From Hydrolagus affinis (Eukaryota), in the NCBI GenBank assembly GCA_012026655.1, contig JAAILG010000140.1:1-64000 (forward strand): DNA of 64,000 nucleotides, given 5' to 3'. This document shows, piece after piece, positions 1 to 12,500 of the stretch (position 1 is the stretch's first letter; each line of letters starts with the position of its first letter). The notes beneath the pieces were generated by a model. That model did no database searches and was not told the origin of the DNA. It worked only from the letters and a program-made list of their open reading frames with translations. A program made the translations under genes and the position numbers.

Positions 1-169
1 GAAGATAGGCCCCGAATGCGCGCGCACCCGGGAGGCGCGCGCACCCGGAATGCGCGCGCATTCCGAATGCGCGCGCATGCGCAGTAGGAAAAAATCGATA
101 TTTCGGTATATCTCGATATGAGCCCATCGATATATCTAATCGGGAAAATATCCATATCGACGTTCCCTA
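1..169. mobile_element. Right end of a probable non-autonomous hAT-type DNA transposon, truncated by the window edge
   Basis: Ends in ...CGTTCCCTA (reverse complement TAGGGAACG, hAT-like terminus), repeated subterminal ATCGATAT-like motifs and internal GCGCGCGCA repeats; CpG-rich against an AT-rich flank. Confidence 0.5.
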
Positions 170-574
170 GTTGACATAAACTTTAGGTGGCTGAAAAAAT
201 AAAATCTATTCTGATATGTTCAAAAACATAGGTAAGGATTTGTAGAGAATATGATTTCAATTAGGAATTGGGTAGAATTTGTAAATATGTAGTAGATTCT
301 ATATTTTAAGATTGAGATACTGTTTATTTAAGAGCAAGAGAAAGTGTGATGAATCTTGGTTTCCACACAGTAAAAGTGTGAAAGGTATATATTTGAATTT
401 AGGTAAATGGAAGAATAAGAATGAAAAGTGCAAAGAAACAATGACCACAATAACAGCAAAATATAGTTCTGAAAGGCTGTGATGGAGGGAGACAAGTTAG
501 AATCCAGGCAAACATCTGTCCGGGAGTGCAAGAGAGCTATCAGAAGAGCCTCAAAAGGTACGGGAGTGATATTC

Positions 575-860
575 AAGTCTTGCACAAACTTGCGATTTAT
601 AGAGAGTTCAGTTGTTGAGGAGAAAATAAGTGTTTGGCATGAAAGAAGAAGCTAAACCTCTTGGAGGCAGCTGGGAGCATTCCATTTGAGATTAGAGGAG
701 ATACTGAGGCCAAGAATGTCAATAGACGAAGAACTATTAAGAGTGGAGCCACGAGAGGTAAGAAGTGGCATCTCTTGCTTAGACTTACCAGAGACATGAA
801 GAAACTTTGTCTTTAAAGGATTCAAAGAAAAATATTCATTGTTGCTTTGAAGCACACAGA
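575..860 (-). mobile_element. Decayed non-LTR retrotransposon, RT C-terminal fragment
   Basis: Frameshifted peptides LNPLKTKFLHVS...IDILGLSISSNLKW and ASKRFSFF..AKHLFSPQQL resemble the region downstream of the RT core in CR1/Jockey-group LINEs. Confidence 0.55.
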
Positions 861-1779
861 TTAGATCAAGTTTTCGTGATTAACTTGCAGTTAATGAAGG
901 TCAAGTACACAAACAATGTACACTAAAACAAAGTTTGTGAATGTTTTGTGGATTCATGGGTGGGGGGTGGGGAGGGATGTGGGGTGTGGGAAGTAGATAG
1001 AGTAGATGGGTGCAGGAGATAACTGGTGTTGATAAAGTGGAAGAACAACTAGTGACCTGGAAATGCCATAAGTCGATGGAAAAAAGAATTGTCATTGGAA
1101 GTAAATAATGTTGAATCCTGTCAAATATTTGAGTTATGTCTCAGCCAATGGCACATTGATCACGAAAGCGTTCGTAAAACACGGGACCAGGTAACCTTGA
1201 AGATGCAAGTATCACAAAAGGTCCAGAGACCAAGTGTGGAAGATCCAACAGATATGCTGAGGATAAAACGTGAGGCAATGAAGGGAGATTCTTTGCCAAG
1301 ATTAGGATAAAACAGTGTCATATTGCCTGACACATATTGCCAAATTCTTTCAACTCCTAGATTCGCAGTCAGTTAGTTTTATCCTCCTTTTATCTACACT
1401 GTGCTACTGTTACAATGTAACCCACACTGTAATAGTATTCTTTTTATTGGGCCTATATTCATAATTTGACATGCCACAGTAGGAACACAGCAAAGCATTG
1501 GATAATGTACACACAGAGTTGTCTTAGAGTCACTGATTGCCCCATGGCTGTTATGCAGAGTGACTGGAACAAACCCTTGTTGTTAACCGTTGTAGAGAGA
1601 TGGGTGGGAGCATGGCAGCCTGATTTGGTGTTGCATACTATTCTATGTTTGACACCAGCACAATTATTAGATCTATCATTATGTCATGTGTGGCAAAGGT
1701 TCAACAATTATATTATAATATTGTATATTACATATTAAAATGGAACGGGCAGGTTCAGAACCATTTGAGCTGTTCTCTC

Positions 1780-1912
1780 AAAAAATGCAAAATACCGCAG
1801 ATGCTGGAAATCTGAAACAAAAACAGAAATGGCTGGGAGCAGGTCAGGCAGCATCTATGGAGAAAGGAAAAGTGAGTCAACGTTTTGGGCCCACGACCCT
1901 TCCGTCAGAACT
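1780..1912 (-). mobile_element. Penelope-like element terminal fragment with degenerate hammerhead motif
   Basis: GCAGATGCTGGAAATCTGAAACAAAAACAGAAATGGCTGG...GGTCAGGCAGCATC is shared with copies at 56870 and 59067; the minus strand has a CTGA..GA / stem / AAAC-GTT layout. Confidence 0.6.
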
Positions 1913-2043
1913 GCTTTTCTCTCCCCTCGCAAACTCAGCGCCTCGTTGCACATAAACCACGTGCCCCTGGGCTCCCTTTAAAACATGAGCTTCGAAGGCG
2001 ATGCACCATCTGACTGCCATTGGGAAAGGGGTTGCTCTAATCC

Positions 2044-2138
2044 TGAGTCAATCAGTCTTAATCTGGAGGCAAATGTGAGGCTCTCCAATTAGCACAGGGA
2101 AAATCCACTAAAATGTCCATCAGGTGATCTATATAAAA
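2044..2138 (+). promoter_or_regulatory. Candidate lamin LIII core promoter
   Basis: TATATAAAA at 2130-2138, E-box CAGGTG 2121-2126, CCAAT 2085-2089 and TGAGTCA 2044-2050, about 310 nt upstream of the ATG. Motif match only. Confidence 0.35.
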
Positions 2139-2449
2139 GCATCCAATAGCTTTCTATGTCTCATAGAGATGTGAGGGGGTGCGGTTTTTAAGGCTTGCCC
2201 TGGTGATAGCTTGTGGCACATTTGATGCTAATGTTCTCTAGCTAGTGGTGTTAGTTGTTATTGTTGTTTAGAGCCATTCGTCAAAGGGAGGGGAATGGAA
2301 GGGTTAGAGCAAATATAATTTCAGGCAAAGGCAGTATAGATGGTGTGACATTCAATGGTTTAGGGGGAGAAAAAATTCATTGGAAGGACGGAGAAAAAAC
2401 CTCAAAATATCAAATACTTTTGTATCGTGGGAGGGAAAATAAAAAAGAC

Positions 2450-2823
2450 ATGGAGAGCAGCAAGGGTGGGAAAATGTCCTTGACCTCTCACCATGAGGTC
2501 AGTGGCTGCTTCACTCCAGTGCAGAGGCACAGCCCGGGCACTTTGAGTCGCTTAGACGAGAAAGTGGAGCTCCAGCGTCTGAATGACCGCCTGGCCGGTT
2601 ACATCGAACGGGTGCGTTTGCTGGAGAGCGAGAAGGTCTACCTGCTACAAAGAGCCACTGAGTCACGGCAGGAGTCGATCCACCAAGGGCAGAGGGACCG
2701 CTCCCTGTATGAGAGCCAGCTGGCCAGCACCAGGAAGCAACTGGACACCACACTGAACGAGAGGTCACACCTTCAGCTACAGCTGGACTGCACTCTGGAA
2801 GAACATCGCCAGTTGCAGGCAAG
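2450..2823 (+). CDS. lmnl3: Lamin LIII exon 1 (head, coil 1A, start of 1B)
   Basis: MESSKGGKMS...SPGTLSRLDEKVELQRLNDRLAGYIERVR...QLQAR; donor AG|GTAATG. Start could instead be the ATG at 2474. Confidence 0.9.
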
Positions 2824-3532
2824 GTAATGAGTTCCAAAAGTCACAACTCTCCTCATCTTTGTCTCTCTCTCTCTCTTTCTCCCCTCCACCCCCTCACTAA
2901 TTTTTCTCCCCACCACCTAAATGCAAGTATTATTTATTGTTGTGATGTCTTCACTCCCCACCCAAATGCAAATATTATTATTTATGGTTGTGATTGTTAA
3001 GACTCCTGAATCTGTTTCCACCCAAACTACGCAGTGGGAAGCAACACAACTTTACAATGAGGTGCTCTTGAGCTTGATCAACCAATTATTTGCGAACTCG
3101 TGCGGCCCGATCCATAGAAATTGTCTACCGTTTGCTGTTTTTATTTTTTTTACAAAAAAAGATATTTGCATTTTAACTTTGCTAGAGAATTGTTTGGAAT
3201 TGGTGAGAGCGAATTAAGCATTTATGGCATCCTTCCTCCCCCCGCCCCCCCCATAGGCCTTTCCCTCTGAAGCACTGGTTCGATAGGAGGAAACAAAAAC
3301 AAATATACATTTGTAATTACGCCTTTCACGTCAGGAGGATGTTCCAAGGTCCAAGAAAGATGCCCACATCAGTCTAAAACTGCACTAATCCTATTCTTGA
3401 GCAGATAATTATTTTTTTGAAACTAATCTAAGGAAGCACCAACGATAGCTTCTGTTCTTTGATCTGTGAATAAATATCTGGATGATTGCAGGAAAAAAAT
3501 GTATGACTTTGCAGTTGCAAACTTTAAATATA

Positions 3533-3570
<38 letters not shown>

Positions 3571-6500
3571 CATGAATCACCCATTCCAGGCCAATGAATT
3601 AAAGTAAAGAGTCACCTGGACTGTGGACTTTTGGCCAGGAAGGCATTGTGTTCCCATAGTATATATGTTTCACATTCTCTGGGTTGATTTTTTACTAACC
3701 TGCCTCCATCCTAGTGTGAAATTATTTGCTCCAATTTTGATGGTTCCATTGTGAGTGTGGCGCTCCAGAGGAACTGAACGTCTAGCACCTTGAGACATCC
3801 TCCTGAGGCGGAAGGCACTATACAAATGTAGTGTTGTTGTTGTGTATTTTCACTGGCAGAGAGAGAGAGCTGGTTTTGTACTGCATCACATTTTAATGCA
3901 GAAAAATGTATGGTTTAAAAATGCAACAATTCTACTTTTTCAATTTTATATGAATGCCAGATGTCTTCATTACTAGAGTTTTGTGCTTTTCAAAGAAAAG
4001 CCTGTGTGTTTGCTATCAACATTTACTGGAAATGTGAAGAGGCTAAGGCATAATATTGGTTTGTTGTGTCCAACTGTTCTCCCCAGACTGGAGCAATTCA
4101 ATATGATCCATGTCTGTGCAGTCTAGTGATGCAATGTTGAAGTCCCTACAACTAAGGGCACTCCATATGTTGGGCATTGGTTTTGCTTGTTGCGGAATTA
4201 GCATCTGTTTCAGAGTCAGGCTGGTCAATCATCAGCCCTGCAGTACTGTGTGCCTCTGAGACGCCGTCCGGTATGGCGGGCGCTATATAAATCAAAGTTG
4301 TTTTTGTTGCCTGTGTGTCCAAGGTGATGGTTGCTGAGTCCAACACAATGAGTAGAACAACTTAATCTTTAGAGATGCTCATCTTATTTCACTCCTTTCA
4401 CTTCCTCTTGCTCTGCACCCACACAACACATTTTTTTTATATATAACGCTTTTCATGCCGGGAAGAGTCCCACCAAGTTACAAGTTAGGATTCAGGTTAG
4501 TGTCCAGTGCATTTGTGAACTCTCACAGGATAGATATTTTGTGCCAGGAATTCCTCCTGAGTGGATTAGTGAGCAATATTGCTGCACATAAAATATTATA
4601 AAGCATGCATTTTCAAGCCCCATAGTAGGACACTTATTGTAACCTCTCAAATGTCATCCCACCAGTTGGAGATGTGAAGCTTCAGCAATAGCAGCGTAGA
4701 CCTCTGCATACCAATATTAGTCACTAAATCCCAAATGCAGAGATCACTTGCACACGCACACACATAATCTCAAGGTGATTTCTTCCAGAAGGTGTTGTCA
4801 CACACCTCAAAGATTTTCCAATTGTCCATTGAGAGTATTACCTTCAGCTTAGCGAGGGTCTCTTGCAGGCAGCTTATGCAGTTTTGATTTAATTGGTGGG
4901 CGTTTTGAGTAGAATATTAAAATCAACCCAGGTAGAAACGGTTCAAAATCAACTTGACTGTAAGTTATTCTCTTTCAGAAATGCAAAAATTGAAGAGAAT
5001 CTAAAATCTGCTTTAAAACGATTAAAGGATTTGGAGGCATGTTTACTTTCCAGAGAGGCCCAGTTGGCAACGTCACTAAGTGAGAAGAGGAACTTGGAGT
5101 ATGAACTGGCTGATGGTAAAGCTGAGTTTGAAAAAGTAAGCCTTACACACCAAAAATGTAGACTCTCTTTTTCTTTCTCGGAAATATAAAAGACCAATTG
5201 TGTTCACCTACATGGTTCGAGTGGCTTCTCTCTCAATTATATTTCAGATTCTATCAGTTGCTGATTGTGTAAAAACACAACTGCATGATGAATTGTTGCA
5301 AAGGTGTGATTTGGAAAACCGTATGCAAACCTTGTTGGAAAGACTAGAATTTCAGGAAAGTCTGCATCAACGGGTATGTAGCTGATGTTTGCTGTTTGGT
5401 TTTTGGCATTCATTAGAATCAATTGGTGCTGATATCACTGAATTGATGGGGTTAATGCAGGCATGGATTGTAATCTGTACCAACTAATTCATGTTAAAGA
5501 TATTGAAAGTGTGCAGATTTTGCAAGAACACTTAGAGAATTTAGAGAAAGTGTCTTATTCTATTCTAACATCCAGGCTGAGAAACTTTCTGTTCTGTGCT
5601 AAGTTAGCTGTTCTTGCGTGCCCCATCAACCGGGATAAAACATTAATGTATCCGTGCCCTGAATTAGGGAGTGAAAGTCAACCTCGACTCCTGATCCCCT
5701 TTCAGTCAACTATCTTGCTAACCCACCCCCACACCTCCATCCATTATGTACGACTGTGACAAATTTCTCTGATGCTGCAGATTCAAATGTAACTTAAGTG
5801 GGTCATTTAATAAGATTCCAGCAATGTGTATACATGAGATAGTTGCATCAAATGCTCCCTTCTTGCCTGTTTTTTAGTTTTACTATGAAGTTTTGCATTT
5901 GAAGCTGAACATTTGTTCCCTTAGGAAATCGGGGAAGCAAAGAGACGGCATGGAACTAGACTTTTTGATGTTGAGGTTGGTAATCAAAAGGAATGTGAGA
6001 CCAAAGTGGCAGATGCACTCCAGCAACTTCGAGATGATCAAGAAGAACAAATCAAACACTATAAGGAGGACCTGGAGAAAACTTTTCATGCCAAGGTGAT
6101 TAACAGTGGTTTTGGAAGCAATGTTGAAATACATGTCTATTAATCCTCAAGATAGTAATCTTTTAGAAAATTTGATCTAACCATGTTGAGGTTTTTATAT
6201 AAAAACTGTCTTAATATGTACATTACCATATCTTGTAATGTGTAGCATGGGAATATGTAAAACAGATTAAGGAAACTTAATGCATGACCACAATATTGTG
6301 GTCTTTTTTAAGTTTAATTTAAAAAATATCTCAATAGTTCCACAATCTTGCTTTCCATACACTTTATGTCAGGGGAATTGTCTCAAAGCATTTTACAGTA
6401 AAGTGTAGTGACTGTAATTTGGAAGCTATCCTATTGTTACAAAGCGATTTGGTTTTGCACCAAACACTCCGACAAATAAAGGCAAAACCTAATTGACTTA

Positions 6501-9500
6501 AGTTTTCTCCATCAAAACAGTTGATTGAAACCCGTACTTGTGTTTAATTATGTATAATGGGGAGGTTCCACTAAAGTCAAAGAGGTGGAGGACATGTCTT
6601 CTCTGCAGAATGAGTTTTGATGTTGAATGCATAGCAATGTTTACCTAGAAAAGAACACGACAAAAATTTTCGTGACTGTTTTGCTCAGTCTTCCACTGTG
6701 TACTTTGTAGCAGTCAAAGAAACTTCTCTTCATCTTTTAGTAAAACAAATGTACATCAACCGGTCGATAATATAAAGAGTTGGAGACTAAATCGTTAACA
6801 TTTCCATAATCTTGTGTGCAGGAGATCCTTTGATTGGGCCAATTTATTAAATCTGGTTTTTTGGCTCATAATCTCTTGGCCCACTGAGTGGCCCAAAAAT
6901 TATTCTGTAATTCTCTTGTCTGACTTATTCTGCTCAAATTGTTGGCCTTCATCCTAGCCTGACCAGACTTGATTATAACAAACCAATTGCATGCAAAACA
7001 AATTACAATGTTTTCGAGAGAAAAAAAAGTGCTTTAGGTTTTTGTTAAAGAAGCCACGTCATGTCTGGGGTTTAGACTACTTATTAATCAAATGGAATAT
7101 CTTGTATATCTGACTTCACAACCTTGGCTAATTCTGATCCCAGTTGTGATTAATGCTATAACTCAATGCTTTATAGGAATTGGATCTGATATTTAATAAT
7201 AATCCTTGCATTTGCTCCCCACGTCTTCTAGCTGTCTCAGTGTTTCACAAAATATACTGTAAAGTAAATTGACTATTTGTGGGCGAAATGCAGCAGCCAA
7301 ATTGCACACAACAATGTCCCACCAATTATCATGGACTGAAATGATTAATTTATTGTTCTTGTTTTGAGGGAAGATTATTATTATTGAGGAAATTTAACCA
7401 AGGCTTCGTCCTGCCTGGAATCAAACCAAGGTATCTCGCTTGCAAGGCGATGAGCTAAAGGATTTTCACTATAATGTGCGGAAATTATATAATATCAGTG
7501 CTAAATTCATGGATTTTTTCCAAATTAATATTTGAATTTCAAAGAGGTTCATAAATCAAGTCAACTTTTTTATTTAAAAAAAACTCCATGTCAGTACAGC
7601 GATTTGTAATTCTTTATAATTCACACTGGGCTAGTGTTAAACTCTAACAAACAACTCGGATTTATATAGTGCCCCTATGTCAGATGGCATCTCAGAGCGC
7701 TTTGAGCTTAAACTCTAGCCTATTTAAAATAAATTTGGACCAGATTGTCAGCTATATTGCTAGCTGTCAGATTAACTGCTCCTGCAGGGTGCCACTATTT
7801 CTTGGTTCTAGTCTTAAATAATTTAAGAATAGAACTTTGAAAATATTAGATTTCAACAAAGCCTCCTTTCAAAATGATGCTTGTATTTTGCGAATGTGTG
7901 TACAAATATATTGCTTGTATACAATCTATATGTGACTTTCATTATAGAAACTTTTTTTGTAGGACTGAAAAACCCAAAGGTAGAGCCATAAATCAGATTA
8001 GTGAAGATTACCAGACACAAAGAATTGTAGTGAGGGAAAAAGAACAGGTAGAAAATGAGGAACAAATACAGCTTGTCATTCAGGTTTAGCAATAAGAAAA
8101 AGGGTAAGGAAAAAATCAGTTATATTGATTCTGCAAAATAGCTTTTGTAACATTAACGGTTGACAGGATAGAATGCTGATTTATTGAATCCAATAAGTTG
8201 CAGACCAAAATGGTCAGATAGCACAAATGTTAGTATGCAATATAATAAGCAATATAGCATTGAATGTAGAGCCTTATAGTCTCATCAAAATGTCTCAAAG
8301 TGCTTCCCAAATGTTAGTGTACTGACTGTATTAGTAGCCAAGCATGACAGTTAATTTGCACACATGTCCCAACAAGCGATTGTGAAGTGAATTATTTTAT
8401 TGTGAGGACAAGTGAAACTTCTGTCTCTTTTTGAAAATGAATTGGGATCCATAATATCCATGGAACAAGCAGGTGGGATTCAGTTTAATGTCTCATCTGA
8501 ATGCCAGATGTAATGTTGTAGGATTTGGAATTTTTGTGATCTAAGTTGCATGGTTCAGAGGGGTGCTATCACAGAGTTAAATTTATTATGAATATCTGTG
8601 CATGGGATTCAATTTTCCTTTTAGTCTGCTAGAAAGTGATGTTTATCAGATGCATGTGCTTATTTGGAACAAGCATTGTTCTTTGTTTGTCTTAAGTAGT
8701 TTTTGTTTTCCCTCAAATGTTTAAAAATGGAAAAAAAAAACTAGGATTGATGACTGGATTCTCAAAATGTTGATATTAAGCGAAGGTGGAAATGTGTCCA
8801 GCCTGTAAAACTGACCTTCTCTTTTTCAAAATTGGAAGTTAAATAATTTGTATTTGCCTCTAGAAAAATAGATAAATTAGATTAATGGAATAGCTTTCCA
8901 GAGTTGCCTTGGGGTGAGGGTTGTTTTTAATCTTGATGGTAATGTATCTCCTCATTCAAAAAGTTACCTCAGACAGTACAAGAGGGAAACTTTATGTATT
9001 AAACTAGGTAACCTTCATGGTGAGGTATTAGTCCTAATGAGGTATTAGCTATTTCCATTAATATAATCCAGTCTGTAAAGAACAGAATTGCATAAAGGGG
9101 GGGAGTTTTTAAAAAAAAATACTATTAAGGATATAATAATAATCCTTGTATTTTGTCGACGTCTCAAAGCGCTTCACAGAATATATTGTAAAGTGAATTG
9201 ACTACATATTTGTGGGTGAAATGCGGCAGCCAATTGCACACAGCAGTGTCCCACAAACATATGCCGATTGAAATGACCAATTTTTATTATTGTGGGTCTT
9301 TTGGGGGATGGATTATTATTAGGCATGTGGAAGAAGGAAACTTGCCCAAGGTTTCGCCCTTTTCTGCCTGGGTTCGAACACAGGTCTCGCACTTATAAGA
9401 CAAGTGCTCTAATCAATGAACTGCAGGAGCTACCCTTGATCGCTGACCTTCATTATTTAAGTCTGGAATAATTCAATGTTAATAGATATAACTAGGCAGA

Positions 9501-12500
9501 ACACAATTCTGTGGATATTTGTCTTTTGACGTCTGTCTCGACGCAGCAATGATATTTTTACAACAACGACCAGCATTGTTTGTTTACTCAAATTAAACTA
9601 CCACATTGCAACGAGTATATCTCTAATGCATCTTGATTTTAGTTTCTTGGTCATTCTCACAAACTGTCATCACTTGTGAAAATCACTGCTGTCTCTCAAT
9701 TAATTGGCAGACAAAATAGTCTTCATTGAATGATCTCAACCATCAACACATCCCTGCCTATTGCCAAGAGAGACAGCATAGCACTGATCTATAGTCTGTT
9801 TAAAAATGTGCAGAAAGGTTTTCAAAGTGACATATGGATCATGAGACAGCACACTGAAAATGAGTAGCCTCAAAGTCTAGAGTATTCTATGCTATAAGTT
9901 GTTGTAATTTGTCCTTTCGTGCTATTTATGACTCTGCGGTCTGCGATAAACACCTTTAGTTTGCAGTTGGACGTGTGCTACAATTGGTGTTTCTTTTCAA
10001 ACCTAAATTTGGAAAGCCATAACTTGATGGATATTCTTTTTAAAGGGAAATGTCTAGTATTCAGTCATAGATTTTCCTGTAATAGAAGTATACTTCTATT
10101 CTAATAGCTATTACGTTTGCTTCAAATAATTAAGTATCTTGCAACATGGCACTTATCTGTCCAAATATTTTCCAAACTAAAATCTTAAGTTACATGGTTA
10201 GAATTGTGAAATTTACAGCTGTCCTTTTTCTTTATTTAATAAAATAAATGGAGACCTCATGTTTCAGTCAGCACCAGGTTATACCTATCTCTTTGACATG
10301 TATTGCCTGAGTGTCCAAGAAGTATATACCATAAAACCATTTTGTTCCATTTTTATGTGAGATTCAATCATATGCTCATATAATTAATCTATTTTAGTTG
10401 TTGGTCCAAAACAGGAAGATAATTCAATCGGTATTAAAAATTGACCATTTCACAATTGCTCACACATGGAGCTTGGGATATTTTCCTCCCAAAGATATGT
10501 CTTCTGTCAGAAATCAGCAGAATTCCTGATTGAAAGCAGTTTGTTCTGAAATACTGAAAGCGACCCTGGCCCAAATAAGAATGTGATGTAATCTACATTG
10601 AATGATTGTGAAATTCTTGAATTGCTCCAGCTAATTGCCCTAATAATTTTGTGTATTGTAGCTGGAAAATGCTCAGATGGCTGCTGCGAAGAACAGTGAT
10701 TTTGCTAATGCTGCACAGGAGGAAGTGGCAGCAGTAAAAACAAGGACCGAAAGTCTTGAATCCCAGGTTGTCCAGTATAAGAACCGGGTAAATGCTCAAT
10801 TATGTTTCATGTCAGATGTGCTTGTGAGGTGTGATTCGTTAAAGTTCCTGACCTTTGGTGGGTGATGTCCATAGTGTGAGTTCTGGATTGTGCATCGAAC
10901 ATTTTTCATGGGAAAATTGACTGTGCTGAACAGAGACTTTTATTTTGTGATATTAATTACAGCTGAGGTTTAAAAGACATCTGAGTATGGCTAGCCAGGC
11001 ATTATGTAATGTTTGGGATTGTTAAATGACATACCATATGGGGATTGGCTGGGCTAGGGCGAAGCACTGCCTTTTTGTCTCGGCTGCAAGTCTTCACGAT
11101 GCCTTGGCTACGGTGCTGCAGCATAGTCATGTGGAAGCCTCATTTTATACTTCCCATTCCGTATCGCTTCGAATCAGCCGGAAAGAAACGAGCAGACACA
11201 GCTCACTACAATCTGGTATTTTTCAAAGTTGATCGAGGGTCAGTCATACAATTGGCTCTTTAATAACTTAAAATATTTTTTTAAAGTTTGCCCCAACTTT
11301 AACGGCACCCAAGGGAAAAGAACCCTCAGTGCATTTCACATCCATTGTGTTTACACTACAGAATGCACATCCGTTTGGCTCTGGGTCAAATGAGTGCGAG
11401 TTCAAGTTCATGTCGGGACTTGCAATCAGTCTAGGTTGACACTCCACCGCAGCCCTGCAGAGATGCTATATTGTCGTAGACTCTTGTCTTTCAGGTGATG
11501 CGCTGAGGCGACTGATATTTTTTTTCTCTTTCGTGCATTTCCCAGTTCTCAGTTTTACAAAACAAAGTTGGTGAACTGGAGATGGCACTGGACCAGCAGA
11601 GAGAAACCAGCTGCAAGCTTCTGGTAGAAAAAGACAGAGAAATCACTCAATTTCGTGAGCAAGTGTTGCTCCAACTAGAAGAATATGAAGACCTTCTCGG
11701 TGTGAAACTGGCACTGGATATGGAAATAAATGCCTATAGGCAAATGCTTGAGGGCGAGGAAGAAAGGTGAGAACTGTGGATATTCCATGATTTCCAGAAA
11801 GCTGTAGTTTGCTTGTTGACAGCCTTGCTTGATTGAAAAAGGACCTTTCAAAAGGAAAATATTAACTTAGCAACATTGGCACTAATTGTGGTAGCTTACT
11901 GCCTTTCTGTCCCTATCCTCTCGCACTTCTTTTGCCTTGCCCCTCCCTTTCCTCCTTCAAGGCCTGTCTCTTTGACTATACCTTGGGTTATTCGCCCTCA
12001 CACCATCCCTCTTGGCCCTCACTCCCTCTCGATTTCAACCCCCAGCTCAGCTCTGAACCCTTGCCTGTCCAGCTCCCTGTGAGGTCTTCCTGACATGAAA
12101 GGTGCTATATTAATGCAATGTGTCAGTTGAAAATGGAACCATTTTCACAATATTAAATATTGCATTTTAGCACACAGTCTGAAAAGCCATAGCTTGATCT
12201 GTGTTGAGTTACTTTACCTCTAGGATGTTTAATTAAACCACTGTATGCACTTTCCCCGTTGCTGTTCTTTCATTACTTCACAAAACAGTTTATTTTCTTT
12301 TCATCTTTAACTTGTTCTTCTGCTTCTCCCATATTACAATATGCATATCTGATCTATGGAAGGTGAAGTGACCCATTCTGCTTAATGTTGCAGGTTGAAT
12401 TTGACTCCCAGCCCTTCATGTAGTCAGCAGCGAGCGTTGGCCTGTTTCCCTTCATTTCATTCAAAGAAAAGAAAATTATCGGACACCTCATTAACCAACA

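Noticed and set aside
2255-2449. 65-codon in-frame extension upstream of the lamin ATG
   Set aside because: Starts at TTG with no ATG and no lamin-like sequence; a head from 2450 or 2474 already has normal length.
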